Origin: Candidatus Aenigmatarchaeota archaeon
GTDB taxonomy: Archaea > Aenigmatarchaeota > Aenigmatarchaeia > PWEA01 > JACQIF01
Assembly (NCBI GenBank): GCA_016432325.1
Contig: CP066684.1
Span: 96,001-160,000, forward strand
DNA: 64,000 nucleotides
Direction: 5' to 3'
The notes beneath the pieces were generated by a model. That model saw only the letters and a program-made list of their open reading frames with translations, did not search any database and was not told the origin of the DNA. Each line of letters opens with the position of its first letter. The first letter of the stretch is position 1. Shown piece by piece: positions 36,744-46,509 of the stretch. A program made the position numbers and the translations under genes.

Positions 36744-37753
36744 TTGTCGAGCCTTTCCTGCCTCCCTTTGGCGTCTTCAAGCTTTTTAATGGCACTTTCG
36801 ATGCGTTCGCGCCCGAATTCGTGCTCGCTGACCATTATCCGCATTATCTCGTTGACATCAGGCTCGCGCCACTTCAATGTGTAATCGCGCGTCACAGGAG
36901 GGTTCATGAAAAATTCATAGACGTCGTGCGCGGAGACATCCCAACGCCATTCGAGTCCCTCTAACGCATGCGCAAGCGTCTTTTTCCTTTTCACGAGTTC
37001 CAGCGCCTTCTTGGGTCCTATTCCCCTGAAGCCGCCGGGATTGAAGTCCGTGCCTATGAGGACGCCTAGAACGACCAGCTGTTCTCTGTCGATTCCGTTC
37101 GCGCGCAGGGTATCGTCAAGACGAATCATTTCAGGCTCGACGTTCACGTAGACGCGTTTGCCCGGAAGCTTGCGCTTGCCCCCGACAGCGATGTTTCTGA
37201 GAAGCGTCGGCGCTCCGAAAAGAAGGCAGTCGTAGTCTTGCGACGAGACGGCCCACACCTCGCCTCTCTGTGCCATCGCGGCGGCCTGCGCCTCGCCTTC
37301 TGACGGAGCGTTTACGTAAGGAACGCCCATCGCCTCGAGAAGCTCCTTCGCGTCTGCTACTATATCGTCTGTCATGCTCGTGGACATCATGGCGTACTTG
37401 CGGGCCTCTTCCATGTCGCCCTTGGCGAGGGCTTCCTTGTGCAGCGCCTGCGCTTCCTCTTTCACGGCGCGCCTCTGTTCCACCGTCGTAGATTTGAAGA
37501 GCGGTGGAACACCGTCAAAAACGTAACACGGCTTGGCCCCATGCTCAAGAAGCTTTATCGTGCGGTAGAAAAGCCCGGAAAAATGCGACGTGACGCGGCC
37601 TTTGGAGTCACGCAGGGGCGTTCCGTCGGGCTGGCGTATTATCGTCAGGAACTGATAGAGAACGTTCATGGCGTCTATGGCAATTTTGCGGCCTGTCAGG
37701 TCTTCGAGAGTTATAGGCTTCCTGACGAGCATGCCTGAGATGTCAACGCCCAC
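36728..37753 (-). CDS. fen: Flap endonuclease 1
   Basis: MGV, YQFL.IIRQPDG, SEGEAQAA, SQDYD and GTDFN motifs; PIP box QERLDKW. Confidence 0.97.
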   Translation of the reverse strand: MGVDISGMLVRKPITLEDLTGRKIAIDAMNVLYQFLTIIRQPDGTPLRDSKGRVTSHFSGLFYRTIKLLEHGAKPCYVFDGVPPLFKSTTVEQRRAVKEEAQALHKEALAKGDMEEARKYAMMSTSMTDDIVADAKELLEAMGVPYVNAPSEGEAQAAAMAQRGEVWAVSSQDYDCLLFGAPTLLRNIAVGGKRKLPGKRVYVNVEPEMIRLDDTLRANGIDREQLVVLGVLIGTDFNPGGFRGIGPKKALELVKRKKTLAHALEGLEWRWDVSAHDVYEFFMNPPVTRDYTLKWREPDVNEIMRIMVSEHEFGRERIESAIKKLEDAKGRQERLDKWVKK

Positions 37754-37780
37754 GCGATCCCCGTTCTGTATTGAATGGAA

Positions 37781-38392
37781 TCATATATAGTTCTTCGTTA
37801 TGAAGAGGCCGTCCACTGTCTCTGACGATTCGTAGAACAGAGGCGCGTCCCACGGTATCTCAAGCTTTGCGACCGCCTCCTTGCTCAGACCGTCCAGATG
37901 CTTTACGAGCGCGCGGATGCTGTTGCCGTGGGCCACGACAAGCACGTTAGAACCCGCAGCGATGTCCGGTAGGATATTGCTCCTCCAGTAAGGCAGGACG
38001 CGTTCTGAAGTGTCGCTGAGGCTCTCGCCGTTCGGCGGCCGGCCTTCGAAAGAGCGCCGCCATTGCATGAACTGCTCTTCGCCGTATTTCCTGCGTATCT
38101 CGTCCTTGTTCATGCCTTGAAGGTCCCCGTAGTTCCGCTCGTTCAGGGCCGCGCTCCTCTCGGTGGGGACGCCGTTCATGCCCAGTTCGGAGAGAACGAT
38201 GTCCGCGGTCTGAATGGCCCTTTGCATCGAGGACGTGTGGAGCTTGTCTATCTTGCGGCCCACAAGCTTCTTCGCGGCCGTCCTGGCGTCTTCCTCGCCT
38301 CTTGGGCTCAGCGGAACTTCGGCCCATCCCGTGAAGCGGTTCTCCGCGTTCCATTGGGACTGGCCGTGGCGCAATAGGATTAGGTCTGTCAT
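37781..38392 (-). CDS. gpmA: 2,3-bisphosphoglycerate-dependent phosphoglycerate mutase
   Basis: LLRHGQSQWNAENRFTGW, LNERNYGDLQG and AHGNSIR motifs. Confidence 0.92.
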   Translation of the reverse strand: MTDLILLRHGQSQWNAENRFTGWAEVPLSPRGEEDARTAAKKLVGRKIDKLHTSSMQRAIQTADIVLSELGMNGVPTERSAALNERNYGDLQGMNKDEIRRKYGEEQFMQWRRSFEGRPPNGESLSDTSERVLPYWRSNILPDIAAGSNVLVVAHGNSIRALVKHLDGLSKEAVAKLEIPWDAPLFYESSETVDGLFITKNYI

Positions 38393-38428
38393 CGGTTTCA
38401 GAAGCACGCATAAAGATAAAAATACCCT

Positions 38429-39502
38429 TTACGCTTCCGTGCTTTCCGTTCTTGGCACAATTAAACTGACAATCTCCCCCGCAGCTTCAGGCAGTCCGTT
38501 CGAATAGGCGTTGATACGCGACGCTAATGTCGTGTAGAGCATATATGCCGGCATTAGAGGCGCGGCCAGAACGTCGCGAGTTCCCAGCTTATCGCCAGAC
38601 GCCGCGGCAAGCCCTGCAACAACCGCGCCGCTTGTAACGGCCCACGACGCCGCCTTGTTCAGCGCAGAAGGATCTCCTCTGATTGCAGAGTCGCAGATGT
38701 CGTAGATGCCGAGGGGGATTGTGATGTGCGACGAGACGGCCAGCCACGACGCGGCAGAGAGGCCATTCGGTCTCAGCATGTTCCGCGCAATATACGGAGC
38801 TTCTTTAGCGAGCACGCGCTGGCATCCCCTCTCCCAGCCTGCCCTTTGTCTGGAATGTTGTCCAAGCGTGCGCGGCGCCACTGTTCTGACCTCAATCTCC
38901 GGAATGAAGCCGGCTTTGTAACCGTCTTTCTGAATCTTAATCGTCAGCTCCATGTCGTCTCCCAGATATTCGCCGCTGTGATCGTCGAGAGCATCCTCGA
39001 GAACGCTGCGCCTGTAGATGCTGCCGGCGCCGGGCGTTATCATTTGCCTTCCTCCAAGCAGGCGCCTGAAGCCGTTAGCCATCTTGTATTCCAGAGATTG
39101 CATGCTTCCAAACACGCCTCCGGGGTTCGCCACGTTCATCCGGAAAGCCGCGGCCGCGTATCCTTTCTCCTCCATGCGGCCGCATGCCCACTCCAGATCC
39201 TCCGGCGCGCTGACTATCCGCGTGTCGTCATCCGTAGTAACCACGTAATCTATGTCCTGCGGCAGTCCGTTGACGGCTTTCTTGACCGCACCGACCTTGC
39301 GGCCGTTGACCGCCATCCTGAGAAGCTTCGGTCCCGGCGGGCTGTTGCTTGAAAAGCGCTCTATCTCGCCCAGAGTGCCGTCCGTTGAGGCGTCATCGAC
39401 GAGCGTCATCCGCTGGACGTGCGCGCTGTTGGATTCAAGGCTCGCGCGTATCGTATCGGCGCCGTTGTAGACGGGAACGACAATCTCGTACATAGATATC
39501 AC
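38429..39502 (-). CDS. GT2 processive-type glycosyltransferase
   Basis: VPVYN, DDASTD, TDDD, GDD and QRAGW (QxxRW-like) motifs; C-terminal hydrophobic segments. Confidence 0.8.
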   Translation of the reverse strand: MISMYEIVVPVYNGADTIRASLESNSAHVQRMTLVDDASTDGTLGEIERFSSNSPPGPKLLRMAVNGRKVGAVKKAVNGLPQDIDYVVTTDDDTRIVSAPEDLEWACGRMEEKGYAAAAFRMNVANPGGVFGSMQSLEYKMANGFRRLLGGRQMITPGAGSIYRRSVLEDALDDHSGEYLGDDMELTIKIQKDGYKAGFIPEIEVRTVAPRTLGQHSRQRAGWERGCQRVLAKEAPYIARNMLRPNGLSAASWLAVSSHITIPLGIYDICDSAIRGDPSALNKAASWAVTSGAVVAGLAAASGDKLGTRDVLAAPLMPAYMLYTTLASRINAYSNGLPEAAGEIVSLIVPRTESTEA

Positions 39503-39599
39503 TACTAGTAGATGACAGAAGCTATATATACCTCAATTTGGCCTATCTCTGTTCTACGGGCCTTTATATACCTTTTGTGCGAACACACGCCATACCTTT

Positions 39600-39702
39600 G
39601 GGATTCACCCGGTTTCGACTTGGTGAAATCCGACTCGGTGATTTAATGGATGAAATACAAGAATTTCAAACCTACCTCGCCTGCATAGGGGTGGCGATGT
39701 AG
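39600..39702 (+). promoter_or_regulatory. Structured rps15 leader with 18-codon coupled uORF (39646-39702)
   Basis: GGATT-CACC/GGTG-AAATCC hairpin; MDEIQEFQTYLACIGVAM* abuts ATG 39703; TGAAAT-N6-ATTTCA. Confidence 0.55.
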
Positions 39703-40158
39703 ATGGCAAGAATGCACTCCGGAAAGCACGGGAAATCCCGCTCAAAGCGGCCGATACGCAAGACCGTTCCCAAGTGGGTCCGTTACAAGCCGGACGAAGT
39801 GGAAAAGCTCGTTCTGAAGCTCGCCAAGGAAGGCCGGACGTCGGCGCAGATAGGCACTCTCCTGCGGGACGAATACGGCGTGCCGCACGTCAAGGAGATA
39901 ACAGGCAAGCGTCTCGTCGCGATACTGGCGGCGCATGACCTCGAGCCCCAGCTGCCCGAAGACCTTTTCAGCCTGATGAAGCGCGCCGTGCACATCATGG
40001 AACACCTCGTCAAGCACAAGCACGATCCTTTCGCGATACACGGTCTCGAGCTCACGGAATCCAAGATAAGGAGACTCGGCAAGTATTACAAGAGGAAAGG
40101 CAGGCTCCCGGAAACCTGGGCGTATGACCGCGAGCAGGCCAGACTGTTGGTTAAGTGA
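39703..40158 (+). CDS. rps15: 30S ribosomal protein S15 (uS15)
   Basis: MARMHS...IG..LRD.YG..ESKIRRL.KYYK. Confidence 0.97.
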   Translation: MARMHSGKHGKSRSKRPIRKTVPKWVRYKPDEVEKLVLKLAKEGRTSAQIGTLLRDEYGVPHVKEITGKRLVAILAAHDLEPQLPEDLFSLMKRAVHIMEHLVKHKHDPFAIHGLELTESKIRRLGKYYKRKGRLPETWAYDREQARLLVK

Positions 40159-40163
40159 TTGCA

Positions 40164-40799
40164 ATGGCTGACGAAAAACAGGCGCAGAAACAGAAGGGAC
40201 CGCAGACAGCCGAGAGCTCGGCCGTTCAGAAGCAGAAGGCTGCCGCTAAGGCGACGTGGAAAGGCAAGGAGTGGTACGAGCTCGTCGCTCCGAAGCTCTT
40301 CGGCGAACGCGTCATCGCAGAGACGCCGGCGTCTGACATCGAACAGCTCAAGGGCCGAACGGTCACAGTGAACGCCTCGGTGCTCACTGGCAATCCTTCC
40401 AAATACTACTTCAAGATTTTCTTCAGAATCGCGGACGTGAGCGGACGCAAGGCCGCGTGCGAGTACATAGGCCACGAGTGTTCGCGCGATTTCATATCCA
40501 GAATGGTTCGCAGGCGCTCGAAGCGCATAGACACGCGCGACGTCGTCACGCTTAAAGACGGCAAGCGCGTCGTCGTCAAAGTAATCGCGACAACCATAAG
40601 GCCGACGAAAACCTCCATAGTTTCGGAAGTGGCGAAGAGGATATCGGCGAGCGTCGCCAAAACGGTGTCGACGATGGAGACAGACGATCTCATAAAGGAG
40701 ATGCTTGCCGGATCCCTGCAGAAGAGCGTCCGCACAGAGGTTTCAAAAGTCTATCCGCTGCGCGAGCTGGAGATAAACAAGACCGAAATGGTCGCGTAG
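40164..40799 (+). CDS. rps3ae: 30S ribosomal protein S3Ae (eS1)
   Basis: WKGKEWYELVAPKLF, MVRRRSKRID and KVYPLR motifs. Confidence 0.95.
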   Translation: MADEKQAQKQKGPQTAESSAVQKQKAAAKATWKGKEWYELVAPKLFGERVIAETPASDIEQLKGRTVTVNASVLTGNPSKYYFKIFFRIADVSGRKAACEYIGHECSRDFISRMVRRRSKRIDTRDVVTLKDGKRVVVKVIATTIRPTKTSIVSEVAKRISASVAKTVSTMETDDLIKEMLAGSLQKSVRTEVSKVYPLRELEINKTEMVA

Positions 40800-40909
40800 A
40801 AAAATATCGTCTGGAGCAGCAGTCATCTTTTTATACTCGCGCGACGAATCTATTCCGTACTCTTTCTTGGGCGTGCGTCGTTGGTGTACACTCACCAAAG
40901 TGATTAACA

Positions 40910-41731
40910 GTGATCCACCGGTACCTCGGAGAAGCGACGCAGGAGATAGCCAAAGCGACGCGCGCGAACACACTCGTCTTCATAAGCAAGTTCGGCAGCG
41001 CGGACGAGAAGGTTCCCATAAAGCTCATCGTCGTGAGGGAGGTTGGCACGACCGTCCGCCGCGAGTCGCGAACCCTTGAAATCAAGAGACTGCCGCCGAC
41101 GTCGATAATGCAGATTCGCCAGATAGTTCTCGAGGCCGTCAACCAGAAGCTGTTGCATCCCGGCGAGAAGGTATTCTGCATCGCCGATTCTTCTTTGGGA
41201 GAGGGCTTTGAAGGACTGATGTTCATCTTCACGATAAACGACGAGTTCATGGCTTTCACGACGCGCGACCTGCAGGAAAAGGTCGAGAGTTCCGTGTTCA
41301 ACTCCGTCTTGGCCGTTGCGAAGGAACTGGCACGCGAGGGGCGCGAAGGCAGGAAGATAGGAACGGCCTTTTTGATAGGCGATCACGAGAGCGTGATGGC
41401 CAAGAGCAAGCAGCTCGTACTCAACCCGTTCTCCGGCCACCCCATGGAACTGCGCAACGTCAGCGATCCGCGTTTCAAGGAGACCCTGAAGGAGTTCAGC
41501 CAGATAGACGGTGTGTTCGTTATAGACAACGAGGGGTTCGTCCACGCCGCCGGGCGCTACTTAAACGCCGATATAGGGCTCGTGAACTTCCCCGGGCTGG
41601 GAACGCGCCACCACGCCTGCGCGTCGATGACAAAGATGACGTCAAGCGTAGGTGTCGTTGTTTCAGAGAGCGGCGGGACAGTCCGCGTCTTCAAGGGTGG
41701 GAACCTGATTCTCGAGGAACGCGTGAACTAG
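40910..41731 (+). CDS. dacZ: Diadenylate cyclase (DacZ-like)
   Basis: ELAREGREGRKIG, LNPF.GH, IDGVFVI, GLGTRH and VSESGG motifs. Confidence 0.88.
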   Translation: MIHRYLGEATQEIAKATRANTLVFISKFGSADEKVPIKLIVVREVGTTVRRESRTLEIKRLPPTSIMQIRQIVLEAVNQKLLHPGEKVFCIADSSLGEGFEGLMFIFTINDEFMAFTTRDLQEKVESSVFNSVLAVAKELAREGREGRKIGTAFLIGDHESVMAKSKQLVLNPFSGHPMELRNVSDPRFKETLKEFSQIDGVFVIDNEGFVHAAGRYLNADIGLVNFPGLGTRHHACASMTKMTSSVGVVVSESGGTVRVFKGGNLILEERVN

Positions 41732-42120
41732 GCAGCTGCCTTGTTCGCCGCGTACCGATGCCGCTCGTGGGCGTCCCTCAATTCGAAGAACTCATCAGGG
41801 ACGGGGAGCTTCCCTTCAATAAGGTGGCGCTGCAGCTCCTCGATGCAGTCCGCAGTTACCCAAGGTTCGACGTGCGAGAGGCCTTGCCTGCCGACATCGA
41901 GCTGGTAGTCTACGGCCTTCTGGTAGGCTCGCATATTAAGCTCCTGAAGTTCGGGAATGGCTATGCCGGTCTGCGCGGATAGTTGTTCGGCCTTCTCCAG
42001 CGTCGTGAGTATCGTGTCCGTGGCGTATGGCGCGTCCAAAAGGCGCTTGGCTGAAGAAAGGTAGTCGTTTAGTCGTCTCTCTGCGTTTCTCAGTTCCTTG
42101 CTTTTCCTGTTCCCCCACAT
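41728..42120 (-). CDS. Hypothetical protein
   Basis: 130-aa helical ORF filling the gap. Confidence 0.55.
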   Translation of the reverse strand: MWGNRKSKELRNAERRLNDYLSSAKRLLDAPYATDTILTTLEKAEQLSAQTGIAIPELQELNMRAYQKAVDYQLDVGRQGLSHVEPWVTADCIEELQRHLIEGKLPVPDEFFELRDAHERHRYAANKAAA

Positions 42121-42138
42121 GCCAATCCCCCGATTAAC

Positions 42139-42348
42139 CTAGTCCCTTATGCTCGATGCGACCGTTATCCAGAACAGCCCTCCGATGAGTATCAGTATGA
42201 AGGCGAGGAGAACGGACCCGGCGAAGCTCGCTGGCGTCGCTCCAAGAACGTCCGGCGTGGCCTGCCCTCCTATCATGGCTCCGAAGAGTACGAGGAACGC
42301 GCCTATGACCCAAAAGAGTATCGGTCTTGCGCTTGTCAGACCCGCCAT
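42139..42348 (-). CDS. Small two-TM membrane protein
   Basis: Two hydrophobic helices. Confidence 0.6.
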   Translation of the reverse strand: MAGLTSARPILFWVIGAFLVLFGAMIGGQATPDVLGATPASFAGSVLLAFILILIGGLFWITVASSIRD

Positions 42349-42439
42349 GCGCTACGTACGCTTGGCGGCTATATAAACTTTGGTAGCGGCCCTTAATGGT
42401 ACAGGCTTCCCGCATGGGGCCCGAGGAGACATGCGTTAA

Positions 42440-43768
42440 ATGTTGGAAAAGCTGGGTTCGGCCCTGAAGGGTGTGATGGACAAGCTCCTGAAGAAGGGCT
42501 ACGTCGACGCGGACGTGCTGGACGAGGTGGCGAAGGACATCCAGCGGTCACTGCTCGCTTCTGACGTGGAAGTGAAGCTCGTCTTTGAGCTCACAAAGAC
42601 TATAAAAGACCGCTCCCTGAAGGAGAAACCGCCTGCGGGCGTCACGCAGCGCGAACACGTCGTGCGCGTCGTTTACGACGAACTTGTGTCGTTCCTTGGC
42701 AAAGAAGCGAAGCCGCTGCCTGTACAGAGGACAAAAATCCTGCTCGTCGGCCTGTTTGGTTCGGGCAAAACGACGACCGCCGGCAAGCTCGCCAAATACT
42801 ACCAGAGGAAGGGGCTCCGGCCCGTTCTCGTGGCGTGCGACACGTTCCGTCCTGCTGCTTATGAACAGCTCGTGCAGATTGGAAGCACGCTCGGCGTACC
42901 GGTAATCGGGGAGCCCGGAGAGAAAGACTCTTCAAAAGTTCTGCAAAACGCGCTCAAGCAGACGTCCAAGTATGACGTCGTTATAGTCGACTCCTCCGGC
43001 CGCGACGCTCTTGATGGAGAGATGATAAACGAGGTCAAGAAGCTCAACGCGATTCTTGCCGCCGAAGAGAGGCTGATGGTCATACCCGCAGACCTCGGAC
43101 AGCAGGCCGGCCCGCAGGCCCGCGCGTTCCGCGACGCGCTGGGCATAACAGGCGTCATCGTGACAAAGATGGACGGCACGGCCAAGGGCGGAGGAGCGCT
43201 CTCGGCTTGCGCTGCCACAGGGGCGCCTGTGCGTCTCATAGGCGTCGGCGAGAAGCTGGACGCTCTTGAAGAATACGACCCCAAGCGGTTCGTATCGCGT
43301 CTCATCGGCTTCGGGGATCTGGAAGGCCTGCTTGAACGCGCGAAAGAGATGAAGATAGACGAAGCGCAGGCGCAGAAGCTCGTAACAGGCGAATTCACAT
43401 TGGACGAGTTCTACAACCAGATAAAGCAGGTCAAGGGCGCCGGCTCTCTTGCCCAGATGGCAGAGATGATACCCGGGATAGGAAAACTGATAGGAACGAA
43501 GATACCGAAGGAAGAGCTTGAGAGGCAGGAGGCGCGCATGGAGCGCTTCGGCCACATAATCGGTTCTATGACGCCTCAGGAGAAGAAAACCCCTGAAGTT
43601 CTGAACGCCTCGCGCATCAAGCGCATCGCCGCCGGTTCGGGTTCATCGGAGCAGGACGTCCGCGAGCTTTTGAAGATGTTCGAGCAGAGCAGGAAGATGA
43701 TGAAGACCATGGGCAAGGGCGGCAAACAGATGAAGGCCCTTATGAAACAGTTCGGGATGAAGATGTGA
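42440..43768 (+). CDS. srp54: Signal recognition particle protein SRP54
   Basis: GLFGSGKTTT, DTFRPAA, DSSGR and TKMDGTAKGGGALS motifs; Met-rich M domain. Confidence 0.96.
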   Translation: MLEKLGSALKGVMDKLLKKGYVDADVLDEVAKDIQRSLLASDVEVKLVFELTKTIKDRSLKEKPPAGVTQREHVVRVVYDELVSFLGKEAKPLPVQRTKILLVGLFGSGKTTTAGKLAKYYQRKGLRPVLVACDTFRPAAYEQLVQIGSTLGVPVIGEPGEKDSSKVLQNALKQTSKYDVVIVDSSGRDALDGEMINEVKKLNAILAAEERLMVIPADLGQQAGPQARAFRDALGITGVIVTKMDGTAKGGGALSACAATGAPVRLIGVGEKLDALEEYDPKRFVSRLIGFGDLEGLLERAKEMKIDEAQAQKLVTGEFTLDEFYNQIKQVKGAGSLAQMAEMIPGIGKLIGTKIPKEELERQEARMERFGHIIGSMTPQEKKTPEVLNASRIKRIAAGSGSSEQDVRELLKMFEQSRKMMKTMGKGGKQMKALMKQFGMKM

Positions 43769-43856
43769 TGCGATGGTCGAACGGGTCCACAAAAAATAAG
43801 TGTTCGGGCACCCATTTCTATTTATAGCGGAACGGCGACCATACCGCTAGAGCACC

Positions 43857-44888
43857 ATGTACCCGGAAAACCAGATTATCAAGGATGCGCGCGTCCTCAC
43901 GGAGCACTTCATTCCGTCACGCGTCGGCCACAGGGACGGCCAGATTTCCACGCTGCGCGACTGCCTTCTTCCGATAACGCACAAGAAACAGATGAGGAAC
44001 GTTTTCCTGTACGGCCCGCCGGGTTCGGGGAAGACGTGTCTCGGACGCTACGTCTGCGAAGAGCTGACGGCGCACACGCCCACTGCCGCGTACGTATACG
44101 TGAACGTCTGGAAGCACCCGTCGAGGTTCAAGATTCTGCTTTCCGTTGTCAACGCGTTAGGCGTCGTGCTGTCCGTTCACCGCAAAGGAACACCAACCGA
44201 CGAGCTTCTGGATGCCCTGCGCAAGAAGGCCAAGGACCGTTACGTCGTGGTTATCCTAGATGAGATAGACAAGGCCGAGGACGCGAACGTACTCTATGAC
44301 ATCCTCGAGACAGCCAACGTGGGTCTCGTGCTTATCTCGAACGAAGCGACCGCACTCCATTCAGCAGACCAGCGGATACGTTCTCGGCTCTCGTCCGCCG
44401 AATACATAGAGTTCTACGGCTACAAGGATGACGAACTCGCAGACATCCTCAAAGACCGCGCGGAATGGGGGCTGGTTCCCGGCGTGGTCAAAAGAAGCCA
44501 GTTTGACACGATAGCCGAGCACGCGAACGGAGACGCACGGGTTGCTATCGATACGCTCCGCGTCGCTGCAGAGATAGCCGAGAATGCGGACGCCGCGAAG
44601 ATAACGGACGCGCACATACAGAAGGCCCTGCCGCGCGCGGCCGTTCTGTCAGACGCGAAGAAGCTGGAGATGCTCAACGTCCACCAGAAGGTCCTCTATG
44701 ATGTGATAAGCAAGCGCGGCAGCGTGGAGTCCACGGTCCTCTACCAGGAATACGAGCGCGCGATGCGTTCGCAGAAACTGGAGCCCATGGTTGAACGGAC
44801 GCTGCGCAAGTACATGGACCGTCTTGTCGTTTCTGGAATGGTCGAGGCGAAAGGAGACGGTAGATGGAGGACGTACGCGAAGAGCTAG
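43857..44888 (+). CDS. cdc6: Orc1/Cdc6 family AAA+ protein
   Basis: GPPGSGKT, ILDEID, RIRSRL and GDARVAI motifs; C-terminal wH. Confidence 0.9.
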   Translation: MYPENQIIKDARVLTEHFIPSRVGHRDGQISTLRDCLLPITHKKQMRNVFLYGPPGSGKTCLGRYVCEELTAHTPTAAYVYVNVWKHPSRFKILLSVVNALGVVLSVHRKGTPTDELLDALRKKAKDRYVVVILDEIDKAEDANVLYDILETANVGLVLISNEATALHSADQRIRSRLSSAEYIEFYGYKDDELADILKDRAEWGLVPGVVKRSQFDTIAEHANGDARVAIDTLRVAAEIAENADAAKITDAHIQKALPRAAVLSDAKKLEMLNVHQKVLYDVISKRGSVESTVLYQEYERAMRSQKLEPMVERTLRKYMDRLVVSGMVEAKGDGRWRTYAKS

Positions 44889-45439
44889 TCAAGCCCGGTC
44901 AGCTTCAGGACAAGAGCTGTTGGGTCGGCATCCCTGACAATCCGCGATTTGCTTTCTTTGTTTGCGGCCTTTAACAGGACATCGATCGCTTCCTCCGTTA
45001 TCCCGCCGCTTCCTTCAAGAACACCTATGTCCCGTTCCATGTCGTATAGTAACGTGAACTCGTTCATCGTGCCAATCCTGCCGCCCATTATGATACCTGC
45101 ATCAACGGCCGCGACAGACGAGACGTTCCTGTATTTCTTGCAGGCCCGTGGGTCGTCCACGTGCATCCAATCTGCCGGTATGTATACCAATTCTGTGAAT
45201 CCTTCTATAGGGAATTTAAATCTCTCCACGTGATCTTTCATGTCTATACCAGGCGAATAACCTATCACCTTTCCGCCAATTTCGCCGGCTCCTATAACGG
45301 CGTCTTGAGGCAGCCCATGGCACGCTCCAGTAACAAGCGTATGCCCCCGCGAAGCCACTTCCCTTCCTATGGCTCTAGCCTTCTGTTTTACATCATCTCC
45401 AATCGAACCGGCGGCAGAACCATACGCTCCGATTTTCAT
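44885..45439 (-). CDS. LOG/SLOG-family nucleotide-binding protein
   Basis: LVTGAC.GLP, RN and GGRIGTMNE motifs; start moved to ATG 45439. Confidence 0.8.
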   Translation of the reverse strand: MKIGAYGSAAGSIGDDVKQKARAIGREVASRGHTLVTGACHGLPQDAVIGAGEIGGKVIGYSPGIDMKDHVERFKFPIEGFTELVYIPADWMHVDDPRACKKYRNVSSVAAVDAGIIMGGRIGTMNEFTLLYDMERDIGVLEGSGGITEEAIDVLLKAANKESKSRIVRDADPTALVLKLTGLD

Positions 45440-45447
45440 AAAAACAC

Positions 45448-46509
45448 CTAAGCCTTGGCGCCGAACTCCTTCATGTACGTCTTGAAGTCGTCCATAGCAC
45501 GGTCGTCTATGCGTTTGCTCTCGTGGGCGAACTCGAATATCTCTTCTGCAGTGACTATCCAGCTTAGCGGCGCGAGACCGTGCTCTTCCAGAGCTTCGGG
45601 GACGGTTTTCCCGGTTTCGTCGACTTCGCCGCGATAGACCGCGACGTGCACGCCAGCCCATTCGGCCTTTGGGTAGCGTTTCTCTACCTTGTGCTTGCTT
45701 TCGCGTTTCGCTTTTCCTGTGGTGATGACGTCGTCGAAGGCCCGCAGCCTCTCGCCGTCGCCTACGTGGCCGAAGACGCTGCCTATGGACTCAAGATGGC
45801 CGTCTACCACAAGCGCGCGATCGTTCTCTTCTAAGCGGCCGACAAAGCTTGATTCGCCGCTCACACCGTGCGTCTTCGCGCTTACGCGGTCGTACACGAA
45901 CCTTATGTCGACATTGTCGCGTCCAGCTATCTCTCGCGCGAGCAGAGCGGCCGGTCCTATTCCTCCGTATGCCTTGCCTACTATGACGTCTACGTCATCT
46001 GGGCTGTAGTTGCGCACGAACCTTCCGTAGAGGTCATTCGCCAGAGCAACGGCAGACACGCTGTTGCACTCCGTGTGTTTGAGCGTCCCGGCGTCAAGCG
46101 TGTCCAGAATCTTTATGCCCGGTTTCTCGTGGCGCAGTTTGACGCCAATCAGCGCGTCTTGGCTTATCTGTACGGGCCCTTCCTTGAAATCGAAGGCGTA
46201 TTTCATCGCAGCACGGTCTAATCTCCAAGATTCGGCAGCGATAAGAGGAACGAGCGGGATGCCCTTCATCGCAGGACCGTGTGCTACTATATCATCGTTA
46301 TCTGAGGGTATTACAGACCCCGCATAAGCCTCCGCCGTTTGCCAGAGCCTCTTCCCCGAATCCATGGCCGTGGCCATGTTGACAAAGTAAGGAGACATGC
46401 GGCCGGACTTGAGCTTGAAGTAGTGCTCGCGATCAGGCGCAATTTTCACGGCATTCCATTCGAGCAGATTGCTTATGAATTCTTCCTGGAAGCGTTCCAT
46501 CCTATGCAC
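45448..46509 (-). CDS. pyrE: Orotate phosphoribosyltransferase with internal insertion
   Basis: FKLKSGRMSPYFVN, GPAMKGIPL and DDVITTG motifs; adjacent to pyrF. Confidence 0.85.
   Translation of the reverse strand: MHRMERFQEEFISNLLEWNAVKIAPDREHYFKLKSGRMSPYFVNMATAMDSGKRLWQTAEAYAGSVIPSDNDDIVAHGPAMKGIPLVPLIAAESWRLDRAAMKYAFDFKEGPVQISQDALIGVKLRHEKPGIKILDTLDAGTLKHTECNSVSAVALANDLYGRFVRNYSPDDVDVIVGKAYGGIGPAALLAREIAGRDNVDIRFVYDRVSAKTHGVSGESSFVGRLEENDRALVVDGHLESIGSVFGHVGDGERLRAFDDVITTGKAKRESKHKVEKRYPKAEWAGVHVAVYRGEVDETGKTVPEALEEHGLAPLSWIVTAEEIFEFAHESKRIDDRAMDDFKTYMKEFGAKA

Noticed and set aside
43769-43856. Replication origin beside cdc6
   Set aside because: Only 88 bp; no ORB-like repeats or AT-rich unwinding element seen
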